Shown: positions 35,964-44,653, counted from the first letter of the stretch. The stretch: DNA of 64,000 nt from an uncultured Clostridia bacterium (GCA_947628205.1 CANQYX010000001.1:4380-68379); one strand, 5' to 3'. A program made the numbers and translations. The notes: generated from the letters alone by a model not told the origin.

Positions 35964-37874
35964 ATGTATTTAATGGATGAGGTTGCCCACGGCAAGTGGG
36001 AACACAAAAAAACATATACCGCTGTTTCAATTGCTATTTTAACCTTCGTTTTGGCTGTGTTGCTTATGTTTGCAACTCCTATTTTTGCAAACCCTACAAC
36101 GGGCGGAAACGGCGCAAGTTTTTTGCCTGCAACCAAAACACAGGCAAGTTTGCCAACGGGTGAAGAGTTTAACTCTGCAATAAAAAATGTGCCAGTGTTG
36201 GATGAGGACGGAAACCCACTTCTTGACGAAAATGGCGAGGAACAAACTGTAGACGCATCAAAAAACATTAGAACAATAACTTTTGATTATTACACTTCTG
36301 AAAATGCTTATGTTGTTGATGGTGTAAATTTAATTGACGGGCTTAAATCTACCGAATTGAGCGAGGATGTTTATTTATATCGCGGAATTAGGGCGGACGA
36401 ATTGCAAGATTTATACATATTGTCTGTTTATAAAATTGCAACCGATCAGGATAGTTCAAATTTATTTAACAATTTAACCATGTTGGAAGAAATTTTCTTT
36501 AACAACTTCAACACTTCAAACGCAACCACCATGGCAAAAATGTTCTATCACACCGATTCGCTTTTGTATTTAGATTTAGCTTGCTTTAACACAGAAAACG
36601 TTACAGATATGAGCGAAATGTTCTATTATTGTGGCGCTTTAACCTTGGATCTTGATAGTTTTAAAACAGAAAACCTAACCAATATGCAAGGCATGTTTAA
36701 GTGGTGCGATGCTTGTTATGTGGATATGTCCACTTTCGACACAAGAAACGTTACTAACATGAAAGAAGTTTTCTATGGCACATCAATTTTCTCGCTTTAT
36801 GCAAGTGATTTGTGGGTTATTCCGCAAAACGAAACAAGCAAAAACATGTTTGAATTTAGCCGCAGAATGACTGGCACTTTCGGCACAAGTTGGAGATCAG
36901 GCTCAGAGAACTACGAATTGAACATTAGCGAAGTTAACGCTCGTTTGGATAAACCGGGCGAACCGGGATATTTCTGCGATGTCAGCCAAAAACTTCCTAT
37001 CAACACTCCAGATGGCGAAAGGATGAACAAAATTATAAAGGGTTACGTTTCTGGCGATAAACGATTTGTTACAAGCATTACCTTTGACTTCTACACAGAA
37101 AAAGATAGTTATGTTGTAAATGGAATTAACATTATTGATGGCATTGTGCCAGAAAGAATTTCTAAAGATGTATACCTTTACCGAGTAGCCAGCGGAGAAA
37201 ACACATGCGATGTTTACATCCTTTCAGAAAACGTTATCCATGCATCAAAAAATCTTGCAGATATGTTTGAAAACGAAATTGAAAATCCTCGCCCAGAAGG
37301 TGGTCCGTTCTATTTATTAACAAAAATCGTTTTCAACAATTTCGACACAACCGCGTCTGTGGATATGACCCAAATGTTCAACTTCTGCTTGAACGTTGAA
37401 GAGTTGGATCTTTCCGGATTTAACACCTGCAATGTAAAATCCATGTTCAACATGTTCTGCGCTTGCTATAGTTTAAAAACTTTGGATGTTTCTTCATTTA
37501 ACACTTCCAAGGTTAAAGATATGACCCAAATGTTCTTAGGTTGCCGTTCTTTAACAGAGTTGGATTTATCCCACTTCGACACTTCCAATGTTGAATCTAT
37601 GTATTTAATGTTCAGCGAGTGTTCTTCTCTTGAAAATTTGGTTATAACCAGCTTTAACACCTTTAATGTAAGTTCTATGTGGTCTATGTTCAAAGGTTGC
37701 AATAGTTTAACCGAATTAGATTTAACCAGCTTCTCTTTGCAAAAAATGCATAGCTGGGTGGACTTCATGTTCGACAACTGCACAAATCTTAAAGCAGTTT
37801 ATGTGTCGGATATCAGGTTCTTAAATCAATGCAATAATCTTAAAGATATTATTAAATTAATAGAGAAAAAGTGA
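35964..37874 (+). CDS. BspA-type leucine-rich-repeat surface protein (DUF285 / 26-residue repeat), internally duplicated
   Basis: Signal/TM segment. Many F(N/D)T.NVT.M..MF units, e.g. FNTENVTDMSEMF and FDTSNVESMYLMF. Confidence 0.8.
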   Translation: MYLMDEVAHGKWEHKKTYTAVSIAILTFVLAVLLMFATPIFANPTTGGNGASFLPATKTQASLPTGEEFNSAIKNVPVLDEDGNPLLDENGEEQTVDASKNIRTITFDYYTSENAYVVDGVNLIDGLKSTELSEDVYLYRGIRADELQDLYILSVYKIATDQDSSNLFNNLTMLEEIFFNNFNTSNATTMAKMFYHTDSLLYLDLACFNTENVTDMSEMFYYCGALTLDLDSFKTENLTNMQGMFKWCDACYVDMSTFDTRNVTNMKEVFYGTSIFSLYASDLWVIPQNETSKNMFEFSRRMTGTFGTSWRSGSENYELNISEVNARLDKPGEPGYFCDVSQKLPINTPDGERMNKIIKGYVSGDKRFVTSITFDFYTEKDSYVVNGINIIDGIVPERISKDVYLYRVASGENTCDVYILSENVIHASKNLADMFENEIENPRPEGGPFYLLTKIVFNNFDTTASVDMTQMFNFCLNVEELDLSGFNTCNVKSMFNMFCACYSLKTLDVSSFNTSKVKDMTQMFLGCRSLTELDLSHFDTSNVESMYLMFSECSSLENLVITSFNTFNVSSMWSMFKGCNSLTELDLTSFSLQKMHSWVDFMFDNCTNLKAVYVSDIRFLNQCNNLKDIIKLIEKK

Positions 37875-37894
37875 GCCATTTAGGTTCACTTTTT

Positions 37895-38428
37895 TTATGT
37901 GTTTTTTCGCTTTTCCTTAACCATTTTTGCCACACTAATGCCAATGCCCACCAACGCCAACACAACAGGAATAAGCTCAACTAGCGCGCCAAACCTAGAG
38001 TTAGATAAAAACAAATAGGTTGCCGAACACATTCCGCTAATTAGCGTTGCGCATTTAATGAGCAACAGGCGGGATATTGCAAGCGCAACAATAAAAATTA
38101 ACGCTCCGGCCAAAGGCAGTGCGGAAAACCACCCTTCCCAACTACACGCCGAACAAATTATGGCAATAACAAACAATATGCTGGCGGAAAAAATCTTTTG
38201 CTTTTGCGTGCCGCCCACCTTTTCAAGAATATAAAAAATTACCACTCTCAAAATGTCGAAAATTGTTACAATTCCGCCAACAACCGCACCCATAAAAAAG
38301 CAGTGCAAACCATAAAATAACGAACTAAAAATTTGCACAACAAACAATATTTTTTTGTCTTTCGCCAAACAGCTTAGCCCATATAATACAGACGAAACCA
38401 CAATAAAAATTTGTGCGGAGATGTACAT
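37895..38428 (-). CDS. small polytopic membrane protein (possibly YgjV-like)
   Basis: Five or six hydrophobic helices; no catalytic motif. Confidence 0.45.
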   Translation of the reverse strand: MYISAQIFIVVSSVLYGLSCLAKDKKILFVVQIFSSLFYGLHCFFMGAVVGGIVTIFDILRVVIFYILEKVGGTQKQKIFSASILFVIAIICSACSWEGWFSALPLAGALIFIVALAISRLLLIKCATLISGMCSATYLFLSNSRFGALVELIPVVLALVGIGISVAKMVKEKRKNT

Positions 38429-38510
38429 ATATTTATTTTATCAAATTTAATTTTATTTTGCAAACGCGCGTTTGCTTATATATTAATTAAACAATTTTTT
38501 TTTAAACCTC

Positions 38511-38539
38511 TTGATTTTTGTTTTCTTTTGTGCTATTAT
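38511..38539 (+). promoter_or_regulatory. promoter of rpsF
   Basis: TTGATT (38511-38516), 17 nt, TATTAT (38534-38539). It would give a 5' leader of about 145 nt. Confidence 0.55.
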
Positions 38540-38687
38540 ACAAATGCTAAATGGCAACCTTGCTTGCAAAGCAGGGGCGGTGGCAATAACCCGCGCAAAT
38601 TCTGCCAGTTGGCAAACGCGTTAAATAAGGTCGAAATAAAAGCGCGTTTCCTTGCCTAATTAGGCCACAAGTCCATAAGGAGGTTAT

Positions 38688-38969
38688 ATGAATAGTTACG
38701 AATTGATGTACATCATCCCCACTCAATCAAGCGATGAAGAAAAAGAAGCATTAATTGCCCAAGTTAACAGCATGATTGAAAAAGATGGTGGCAAAATTGA
38801 AAGCGTAGAGCGCGTCGGCAACAAAAAACTTGCCTACGAAATTGAAAAGAAGCGCGAAGGGTACTATGTGTTGGTTAACTTCACTGCCAGCAACAAAGTT
38901 CCAAATCCGCTTGGCAAATTGCTTTCAATAACAAACAATATAATGCGCTATATAATAGTTGCAAAATAA
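38688..38969 (+). CDS. rpsF: 30S ribosomal protein S6
   Basis: YELMYII...EKEALIAQV...GKIESVERVGNKKLAYEI...GYYVLVNF; RBS AAGGAGG. Confidence 0.92.
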   Translation: MNSYELMYIIPTQSSDEEKEALIAQVNSMIEKDGGKIESVERVGNKKLAYEIEKKREGYYVLVNFTASNKVPNPLGKLLSITNNIMRYIIVAK

Positions 38970-39013
38970 AAACAAATTACAAAATGCTCATTGTAAACGC
39001 AAGAGCAAGAATA

Positions 39014-39060
39014 TGTTCGCGACAAGAAAGAGGAGTGCCCACATAAGGGCTTACAATTAT
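39014..39060. repeat. repeat family 3, copy 1 (core caagaaagaggagtgccc)
   Basis: About 80% identical by eye to the reverse complement of 62098-62145. Confidence 0.7.
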
Positions 39061-39103
39061 TTTGCCAACAAAATAATTTAGCTTAAAAGTGTGGCACGAC
39101 GAT

Positions 39104-39207
39104 GTCATTCTGAGCGATGGCGAAGAATCTCACAGGGTCCTCGCAAGAACTCGTTTCGCAGCGGGGCAAAAAGATGTTTCGACTGCACTCCGTTACGCTC
39201 AACATGA
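39104..39207. repeat. REP/MITE-like repeat cluster (family 1)
   Basis: gtcattctgagcgatggcgaagaatctc (39104-39131) ... agatgtttcgactgcactccgttacgctcaacatgac (39172-39207). Confidence 0.85.
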
Positions 39208-39247
39208 CACAATTAAAATTAAGAAGATTAGATTAGGAGAATAGATT

Positions 39248-39673
39248 ATGAATAGAGTGTTTATTATAGGCAATTTAACCCGTGACCCAGAACTTAACAC
39301 CACCAACAGCGGTGTTTCGGTTTGCAGGTTCACAGTGGCAGTTCAAAGGCGTGTAACCAACGCAGAAGGTGTTAGAGAGGCAGATTTCTTTAACGTTTCC
39401 GCATGGCGTGGCACGGCAGATAACTGCGCAAAATTTTTAAAGAAAGGCAGCAAGGTTTCGGTTGTTGGTTCAATCCAAATCCGCAATTTTGACCGTGCAG
39501 ATGGCTCAAAAGGCACGTCGGTTGAAATCACTGCAGACGAAGTGGAATTTTTATCTCCACGCGGCGAAGGGGCCGAGGGCGGCGTTGGTGTTGCCGGCGG
39601 CTCAACCGCTCAACCACAAGCAAGCGCACCAGTTGCAGATTTGCAACCAGTAGATGAAGATTTACCTTTCTAA
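39248..39673 (+). CDS. ssb: single-stranded DNA-binding protein
   Basis: MNRVFIIGNLTRDPEL OB fold, Gly/Gln-rich linker, and acidic tip DEDLPF. Confidence 0.92.
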   Translation: MNRVFIIGNLTRDPELNTTNSGVSVCRFTVAVQRRVTNAEGVREADFFNVSAWRGTADNCAKFLKKGSKVSVVGSIQIRNFDRADGSKGTSVEITADEVEFLSPRGEGAEGGVGVAGGSTAQPQASAPVADLQPVDEDLPF

Positions 39674-39714
39674 CAAAAACTAAATATTTACGCAATTGCG
39701 AAATATTTGTTTAT

Positions 39715-39806
39715 GTATTTGCCAAATATCTATTTATGTATTTGCCAAATATTTATTTATGTATTTGCCAAATATTTATTTATGTATTTGCCAAATATTT
39801 ATTAAT
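39715..39806. repeat. tandem repeat, four copies of a 23-bp unit (gtatttgccaaatatttatttat)
   Basis: Copies start at 39715, 39738, 39761 and 39784. A degenerate partial copy lies at 39698-39714. Confidence 0.9.
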
Positions 39807-39833
39807 GTCATTCTGAGCGCAAGCGAAGAATCT
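39807..39833. repeat. REP-like module (family 1), directly abutting the tandem repeat
   Basis: gtcattctgagcgcaagcgaagaatct. Confidence 0.85.
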
Positions 39834-39946
39834 AAAAGATATAAAAATTTTTTAAAAGAATAAAAAATCTGCCAATCAAGTTGTCAGGTTTTTGATTAAA
39901 TTTCGGTTCCCAATCTCAATTGGTAACCTCAATTAAAGGAGTAAAA

Positions 39947-40285
39947 ATGGAAGAAGAAGTTAAAACAACTGCTAAAACAAAAGCAGTAAAAACTGAAAAA
40001 GTTGAAGCCGAAAAGGTTGAAAAAACTGAAAAGGCAGAAAAACCAGAAAAGAAAAAATTCTTTAAACCACACAAACAACAAAACAAACGCAAAGTTTGCG
40101 CTTTCTGCCAAGATAAAAAACCTATTGACTATAAAGATGCCAACAGGCTTAAAAAATACATTGCAGAAGGCGGCAAAATTTTGCCTTCTCGCCAAACCGG
40201 CACCTGCGCTCGCCATCAACGCGAACTAACCGTAGCAATCAAGCGCGCAAGAAATATTGCTTTGTTGCCATTTGTTGGTGAATAA
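39947..40285 (+). CDS. rpsR: 30S ribosomal protein S18 with a Lys/Glu-rich N-terminal extension
   Basis: [14 protein letters not shown]...LKKYI...[27 protein letters not shown]; the ATG at 39947 follows AAGGAG. Confidence 0.92.
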   Translation: MEEEVKTTAKTKAVKTEKVEAEKVEKTEKAEKPEKKKFFKPHKQQNKRKVCAFCQDKKPIDYKDANRLKKYIAEGGKILPSRQTGTCARHQRELTVAIKRARNIALLPFVGE

Positions 40286-40300
40286 AAAACAATAAAACGA

Positions 40301-40324
40301 AAAGAGTTGCGAAACTCTTTTTTT
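40301..40324 (+). terminator. rho-independent terminator after rpsR
   Basis: aaagagtt-gcga-aactcttt plus a T run. Confidence 0.65.
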
Positions 40325-40410
40325 AAAAATCCTACTTTTTGTCAGTTTTTAGCTTTATTTTACACTTTTTAAGTTATTATTCTTATGTAAAATAAAGGAG
40401 AAATGATATA

Positions 40411-41052
40411 ATGGGTTTATTAGATGAATTTTTGCCAATATTTAAAGCGTATGCAAGCGAATGGATACAAATCAAGGATAAATTTTGCCCTTTCACGCTT
40501 GAAAGTGTACCTTATGGCATGTCAATTGACAATAATTTGACAGACCCACATTGTTGGGTATGTGTAACTGTCAATAAATGTTGGTTTAAAAACGAAGAGG
40601 GCAAAAAACCAGAACATTTTGATTATTCAACATATTCTTATTCTTCAATTGGTAAAAGTAACCGCGGAATTTATCATCCTTTTTGCCATTGTCGAGAATA
40701 TGCAATTAATGTTCCAAAATTAAATGACATCGGCTTGATTATAGACCCTTTAAAATCTAATGATTTTTTTAAACGTAAACTCGGTTGGTTCCGCGAAATG
40801 GGTTATAAAGATGCCGATAAAAATGAATTTATTAATTTATTACAAGAGAAAGCAAAAGACGCATATAGAAAAGGTAACTATAAAAAAGAAGCCCATAACA
40901 AATACGGATATAAAATAGGTTTATTTATTAGTATTCCAGGCAAAAACGAAAAGAAAAATAAAATTTATAATGTTAAAACAATCTATATCATTTTTCCAAA
41001 TGAAAAATTAAGATTAATTACATATATAGGAGATTGGAATGAAAATTTATGA
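40411..41052 (+). CDS. hypothetical protein with a phage Mu-F/SPP1-gp7-like Cys motif and an uncharacterised C-terminal domain (candidate toxin)
   Basis: CWVC...(about 45 aa)...YHPFCHCREY resembles the C..C...HPnCRC signature. RBS AAAGGAG. Confidence 0.55.
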   Translation: MGLLDEFLPIFKAYASEWIQIKDKFCPFTLESVPYGMSIDNNLTDPHCWVCVTVNKCWFKNEEGKKPEHFDYSTYSYSSIGKSNRGIYHPFCHCREYAINVPKLNDIGLIIDPLKSNDFFKRKLGWFREMGYKDADKNEFINLLQEKAKDAYRKGNYKKEAHNKYGYKIGLFISIPGKNEKKNKIYNVKTIYIIFPNEKLRLITYIGDWNENL

Positions 41053-41374
41053 TGAAGTCAGAGTTTTAAAAGATAAAAAAGAATATGAAAAATATAACAT
41101 TCATAAAGGCGATGTCGGAACAATTTGGTTTTCCGAAATAAGATACAATTGTTTTGATGTGCTATTTGAAGATAAAGACGGCAGATATATCACCGATTGC
41201 TCAATTCATATAGAGGACCTAGAAGTTGTTAAAGAAAGCGATATAACCGATCAGGAAATTATGGAAGGTTTGCCAACACCCGACCCACACTGGTGGTGCA
41301 AAGTTGAAAATGGCTACATTTTAAATTTGCTTGGCGAAAAGAAAAACAAAATTCCATACGACTACAATTCTTAA
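41039..41374 (+). CDS. hypothetical protein with a DUF4926-like N-terminal half (candidate immunity/antitoxin)
   Basis: IYDEVRVLKD...HKGDVGTIW...FDVLFEDKDGRY pattern. Overlaps the upstream ORF by 14 nt. Confidence 0.5.
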   Translation: MKIYDEVRVLKDKKEYEKYNIHKGDVGTIWFSEIRYNCFDVLFEDKDGRYITDCSIHIEDLEVVKESDITDQEIMEGLPTPDPHWWCKVENGYILNLLGEKKNKIPYDYNS

Positions 41375-41405
41375 ATTTCTTTTCAAATCATTACCAAAAT
41401 CAGAA

Positions 41406-41429
41406 AAAGAGTATCAAAACTCTTTTTTT
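41406..41429 (+). terminator. rho-independent terminator, sequence-related to the one at 40301
   Basis: aaagagt-atcaaa-actcttt plus a T run. Confidence 0.6.
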
Positions 41430-41530
41430 CTTTGCAAAAAAACTTCTTTTCAAAAACTTTTCTTGCAATAAAAGTTTCAAAAGAAATTCAAGCATTTGCA
41501 AGAAATTTAATTTTTGTTTAAAATAAAATC

Positions 41531-42082
41531 ATGAAAAGGTGCAATTGGTTAAATTTAAATAATCCGCTTTATGTGCAATATCACGACAACGAGTGGGGCG
41601 TGCCCACGCATGACGACAAAAAGCTTTTTGAAATGCTTTTGTTGGAAGGTTTTCAAGCCGGGCTAAGTTGGGAGCGCGTGCTAAATAAGCGCGCAGCGTT
41701 TGGGCAAGCGTTTGATAATTTCAACGCGGATAAAATTGCAAATTATAACGAAGCCAAAATTGAAAAACTTTTAGCCAACAAAAACATAATCCGCAATAAA
41801 CTAAAAATTAAGGCAAGCATAACAAACGCAAAAGTTTTTAAACTTATTCAAAAAGAATTTGGCAGTTTCAATTCATACATCTGGCATTTTACAAACAACA
41901 AAATTGTGTTTGAAGAATATTCGCTTCGCACAACTTCGCCATTGTCCGACCAAATTTCAAAAGACCTTAAAACGCGCGGAATGAAATTTGTTGGCTCAAC
42001 CATAATTTATTCTTACCTACAATCAATTGGCGTAATAAACGCGCACGGAAAAGAGTGCGATTTATATAAAAATAAATTATAA
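41531..42082 (+). CDS. tag: DNA-3-methyladenine glycosylase I
   Basis: YHDNEWGVPTHDDKKLFEMLLLEGFQAGLSWERVLNKR. Confidence 0.9.
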   Translation: MKRCNWLNLNNPLYVQYHDNEWGVPTHDDKKLFEMLLLEGFQAGLSWERVLNKRAAFGQAFDNFNADKIANYNEAKIEKLLANKNIIRNKLKIKASITNAKVFKLIQKEFGSFNSYIWHFTNNKIVFEEYSLRTTSPLSDQISKDLKTRGMKFVGSTIIYSYLQSIGVINAHGKECDLYKNKL

Positions 42083-42308
42083 ATTTAATATGCTTATAAC
42101 AATAGTTATAAAGATTTATGTTATACTTAATGACAGCTTTTTATAAAATTTATTCAAAAGTTTAAAACCACCATTTAAAAAGGCGAAAATTTAAAAATTA
42201 TTAGTTAAAAGAAATTTAAAAAATTTAATTTAAACCGCTTAAACAAAAAAAACAAATGCATTTCAAAAACATTTTGAATTTTGGCATTTGTTTGATATAA
42301 TATTGCGT

Positions 42309-43412
42309 ATGAATATCGAAAATATTGGCGAAGAATTATCCAAGTTGGTGGACAAGTTTGAACTTACAAAAACTTGCCTTAATTTGGATGCCGAACAACA
42401 AAAATTGAATGGCCTTTTGAAGGAGCGCGAAAGTTTAACTTTTTGGAATAATCTGGATTACGCCATGCAGACAAACAAAGAAATTAAGTCAATTCAAGAT
42501 TTGTTCGAGGTGGTTAACAAATTGCAGTCCGAGTTGCAGTCCCTTATAGATAGCGTTAAGGGATTGGAGGAAAACCCAGATGTTGAGCTTTTAAACCTCG
42601 CTTTCACCGAAATGCTTGCGCTAAAGGATCGGGTGGACGACCTTAATGTGCGCACGCTGTTGGACGAAAAATACGATAACAACGATTGCATAATAACCAT
42701 CCATTCGGGCGCGGGCGGCACCGAGGCACAAGATTGGGTTGTTATGCTTGCGCGCATGTACAAAATGTTTGCCGCAAAATATGGCTTTGACTATTCGGTT
42801 GTGGATAAGCTTGAAGGCAACGATGCCGGCCTTAAAAACATTGTAATTTGGATAAAGGGCGATTATGCCTATGGCAAACTTAAAGGCGAAATGGGCGTTC
42901 ACCGCCTTGTGCGCATCAGCCCGTTTGATAGCAACAAGCGCCGCCACACCAGTTTTGCCTCGGTTGAAGTTGTGCCAGCTATTAGCCAAGGCACGGACGT
43001 TAAAATTAATAATGAAGATTTAAAAATTGACACATACAGGAGTTCGGGCGCGGGCGGGCAGAACGTTAACAAGGTTGAAACCGCTGTGCGCATAACCCAC
43101 ATCCCAACCGGCATTGTGGTTACCTGCCAAAACGAGCGCAGCCAACTGCAGAACCGCGAAAACGCAATGAAAATTTTAACCTCAAAACTGGTTGCGCTAG
43201 AAGAGGAAAAGCACCGCCAAAATCTTAACGAAATTAAGGGCGATTTAAAGCGCATTGAGTGGGGCAGCCAAATTCGCAGCTATGTGTTCCAGCCATACAC
43301 CATGGTTAAGGACCACCGCACTGACTACGAAACGAGCGATGTTCAAGCGGTTATGGACGGCGAACTCAACCCGTTTATTAACGAATATCTAAAAAAATCG
43401 CACACAAATTAG
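42309..43412 (+). CDS. prfB: peptide chain release factor 2 (single uninterrupted frame)
   Basis: SPF motif (RISPFDS), GGQ ([23 protein letters not shown]). Confidence 0.92.
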   Translation: MNIENIGEELSKLVDKFELTKTCLNLDAEQQKLNGLLKERESLTFWNNLDYAMQTNKEIKSIQDLFEVVNKLQSELQSLIDSVKGLEENPDVELLNLAFTEMLALKDRVDDLNVRTLLDEKYDNNDCIITIHSGAGGTEAQDWVVMLARMYKMFAAKYGFDYSVVDKLEGNDAGLKNIVIWIKGDYAYGKLKGEMGVHRLVRISPFDSNKRRHTSFASVEVVPAISQGTDVKINNEDLKIDTYRSSGAGGQNVNKVETAVRITHIPTGIVVTCQNERSQLQNRENAMKILTSKLVALEEEKHRQNLNEIKGDLKRIEWGSQIRSYVFQPYTMVKDHRTDYETSDVQAVMDGELNPFINEYLKKSHTN

Positions 43413-43437
43413 TGGACTTACGTCAACACTTTTCCGT

Positions 43438-43582
43438 GTCATTCTAAGCAATACTTTTTTGTGTCCTGAGTAGTATCTTTTTGTGTCCTGAGTAATATTA
43501 TTTTTGTCATTCTGAGCGAGTGCTGGCGAGATCCTTCGGTTACACTCAGGATGACACGCGCCAGCACAAGTCGAAGAATCTC
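43438..43582. repeat. REP/MITE-like repeat cluster (family 1) with a nested module
   Basis: gtcattctaagc..., two gtgtcctgagta units, then gtcattctgagcgagtgctggcg[agatccttcggttacactcaggatgac]acgcgccagcacaagtcgaagaatctc. Confidence 0.85.
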
Positions 43583-44087
43583 ACGCAAATTGGTGGCTTA
43601 CGCCACTTTTTTTATATGGATATAAATTGTAAATTTCTTTGCCCTTTTTCTTGGCATAAACAACTGCGCGCCGTGCGCCACTTGACGTTGTTGCCATGTC
43701 CACACAACAAACCACAATGTCGCAGTCATCAACCATACTTCTGTTGGTTTTGGTTATCCGTGCTTTAAAATGCACGTCCTCAACAAAATAACTAATTTCC
43801 TCGCAACCCCTGTAAATATCGCCAACAGTTAGCTTCTTATGTTTAGTGGGCGCAACATTGCTGTTAACAAAACACAACTTAATTTGTGGATAAATTTTTA
43901 TAATTTCCAAACATACTTTAAACGCAAGTTCATCAAACTTTCCATGTTCGCCAACTAAAAAGCGGGTTATATTTTTTTCTTGCACCAAATTTTTAACAAA
44001 ATTAAACAATGTGTCAAAATCTACCACACTCCATAATCTATGACCAAAAAACGCGCAAGTTTTACCATCTGTCATTAAGTAATTCAT
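43581..44087 (-). CDS. DUF1273 / SLOG-superfamily protein (YpsA-like)
   Basis: CAFFGHR...FLVGEHGKFDELA...D.VVCCVD...SGARRAV. I prefer the ATG at 44087 because a TTGACC/TATAAT promoter lies inside the longer ORF. Confidence 0.6.
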   Translation of the reverse strand: MNYLMTDGKTCAFFGHRLWSVVDFDTLFNFVKNLVQEKNITRFLVGEHGKFDELAFKVCLEIIKIYPQIKLCFVNSNVAPTKHKKLTVGDIYRGCEEISYFVEDVHFKARITKTNRSMVDDCDIVVCCVDMATTSSGARRAVVYAKKKGKEIYNLYPYKKSGVSHQFA

Positions 44088-44218
44088 AACAAAATTATAT
44101 AAAATACTTAATGTCAGGTCAAGTAAAATTAATATCAAATGGTAAATAGTAAGAAATTTGTCGCTCGTGCCAATTGAGATTATGTTTTATAAAATTATTA
44201 TCAAAATATAATAAAGAT

Positions 44219-44521
44219 ATGGATAAGAAAGAAGTAGTTTTAAGAATTTCATTTTTTAGAAACAAAAAGGGATTAACTGCGCGTGAACTAAGTTTAATGA
44301 TTGGAAAAAGTGAAAGTTATATTAATAGATTAGAGGCTCAACCTTTTAATATCCCTATAACTACAATGTTCGACATTTTGTCCGCGCTTGAAGTTGAGCC
44401 AGAGGAATTTTTTGCGCCTAATTATAAAACATATAAACGGGATAACGAATTATATGAGTTAATTTCGTCTATGCCAGCGGATAAAAAAGAAAATTTAATT
44501 CAATTTATTAAAAAATCTTAA
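44219..44521 (+). CDS. XRE-family HTH protein
   Basis: KKGLTARELSLMIGKSESYINRLE. Confidence 0.7.
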   Translation: MDKKEVVLRISFFRNKKGLTARELSLMIGKSESYINRLEAQPFNIPITTMFDILSALEVEPEEFFAPNYKTYKRDNELYELISSMPADKKENLIQFIKKS

Positions 44522-44575
44522 ATCTTATAATATCCTCTTCAGGTCATATTGATGAGAGAAATCGGGTGTGTCCAT

Positions 44576-44653
44576 GTCATTCTGAGCAACACGAAGAATC
44601 TAGTGGAATGCCGTTAAAAGATGTTTCGACTCACTTCGCTCGCTCAACATGAC
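44576..44653. repeat. REP/MITE-like repeat cluster (family 1)
   Basis: gtcattctgagcaacacgaagaatct ... agatgtttcgactcacttcgctcgctcaacatgac. Confidence 0.85.

Noticed and set aside
39715-39806. Possible CRISPR array, because of regularly spaced repeats.
   Set aside because: The units are directly abutting 23-bp tandem copies with no spacers. No cas genes are present and the units are not palindromic like CRISPR repeats.
42309-42400. Programmed +1 frameshift site in prfB.
   Set aside because: The RF2 frame is continuous from the ATG at 42309. No in-frame TGA or CTTTGAC-type slippery site occurs near codon 25, so this organism appears to lack the autoregulatory frameshift, as a minority of bacteria do.
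43520-43768. The 82-aa ORF here and the 99-aa ORF at 54643-54942 as real genes.
   Set aside because: Both are composed largely of REP-like repeat modules or antisense sequence of neighbouring genes, lack RBSs, and overlap better-supported features.
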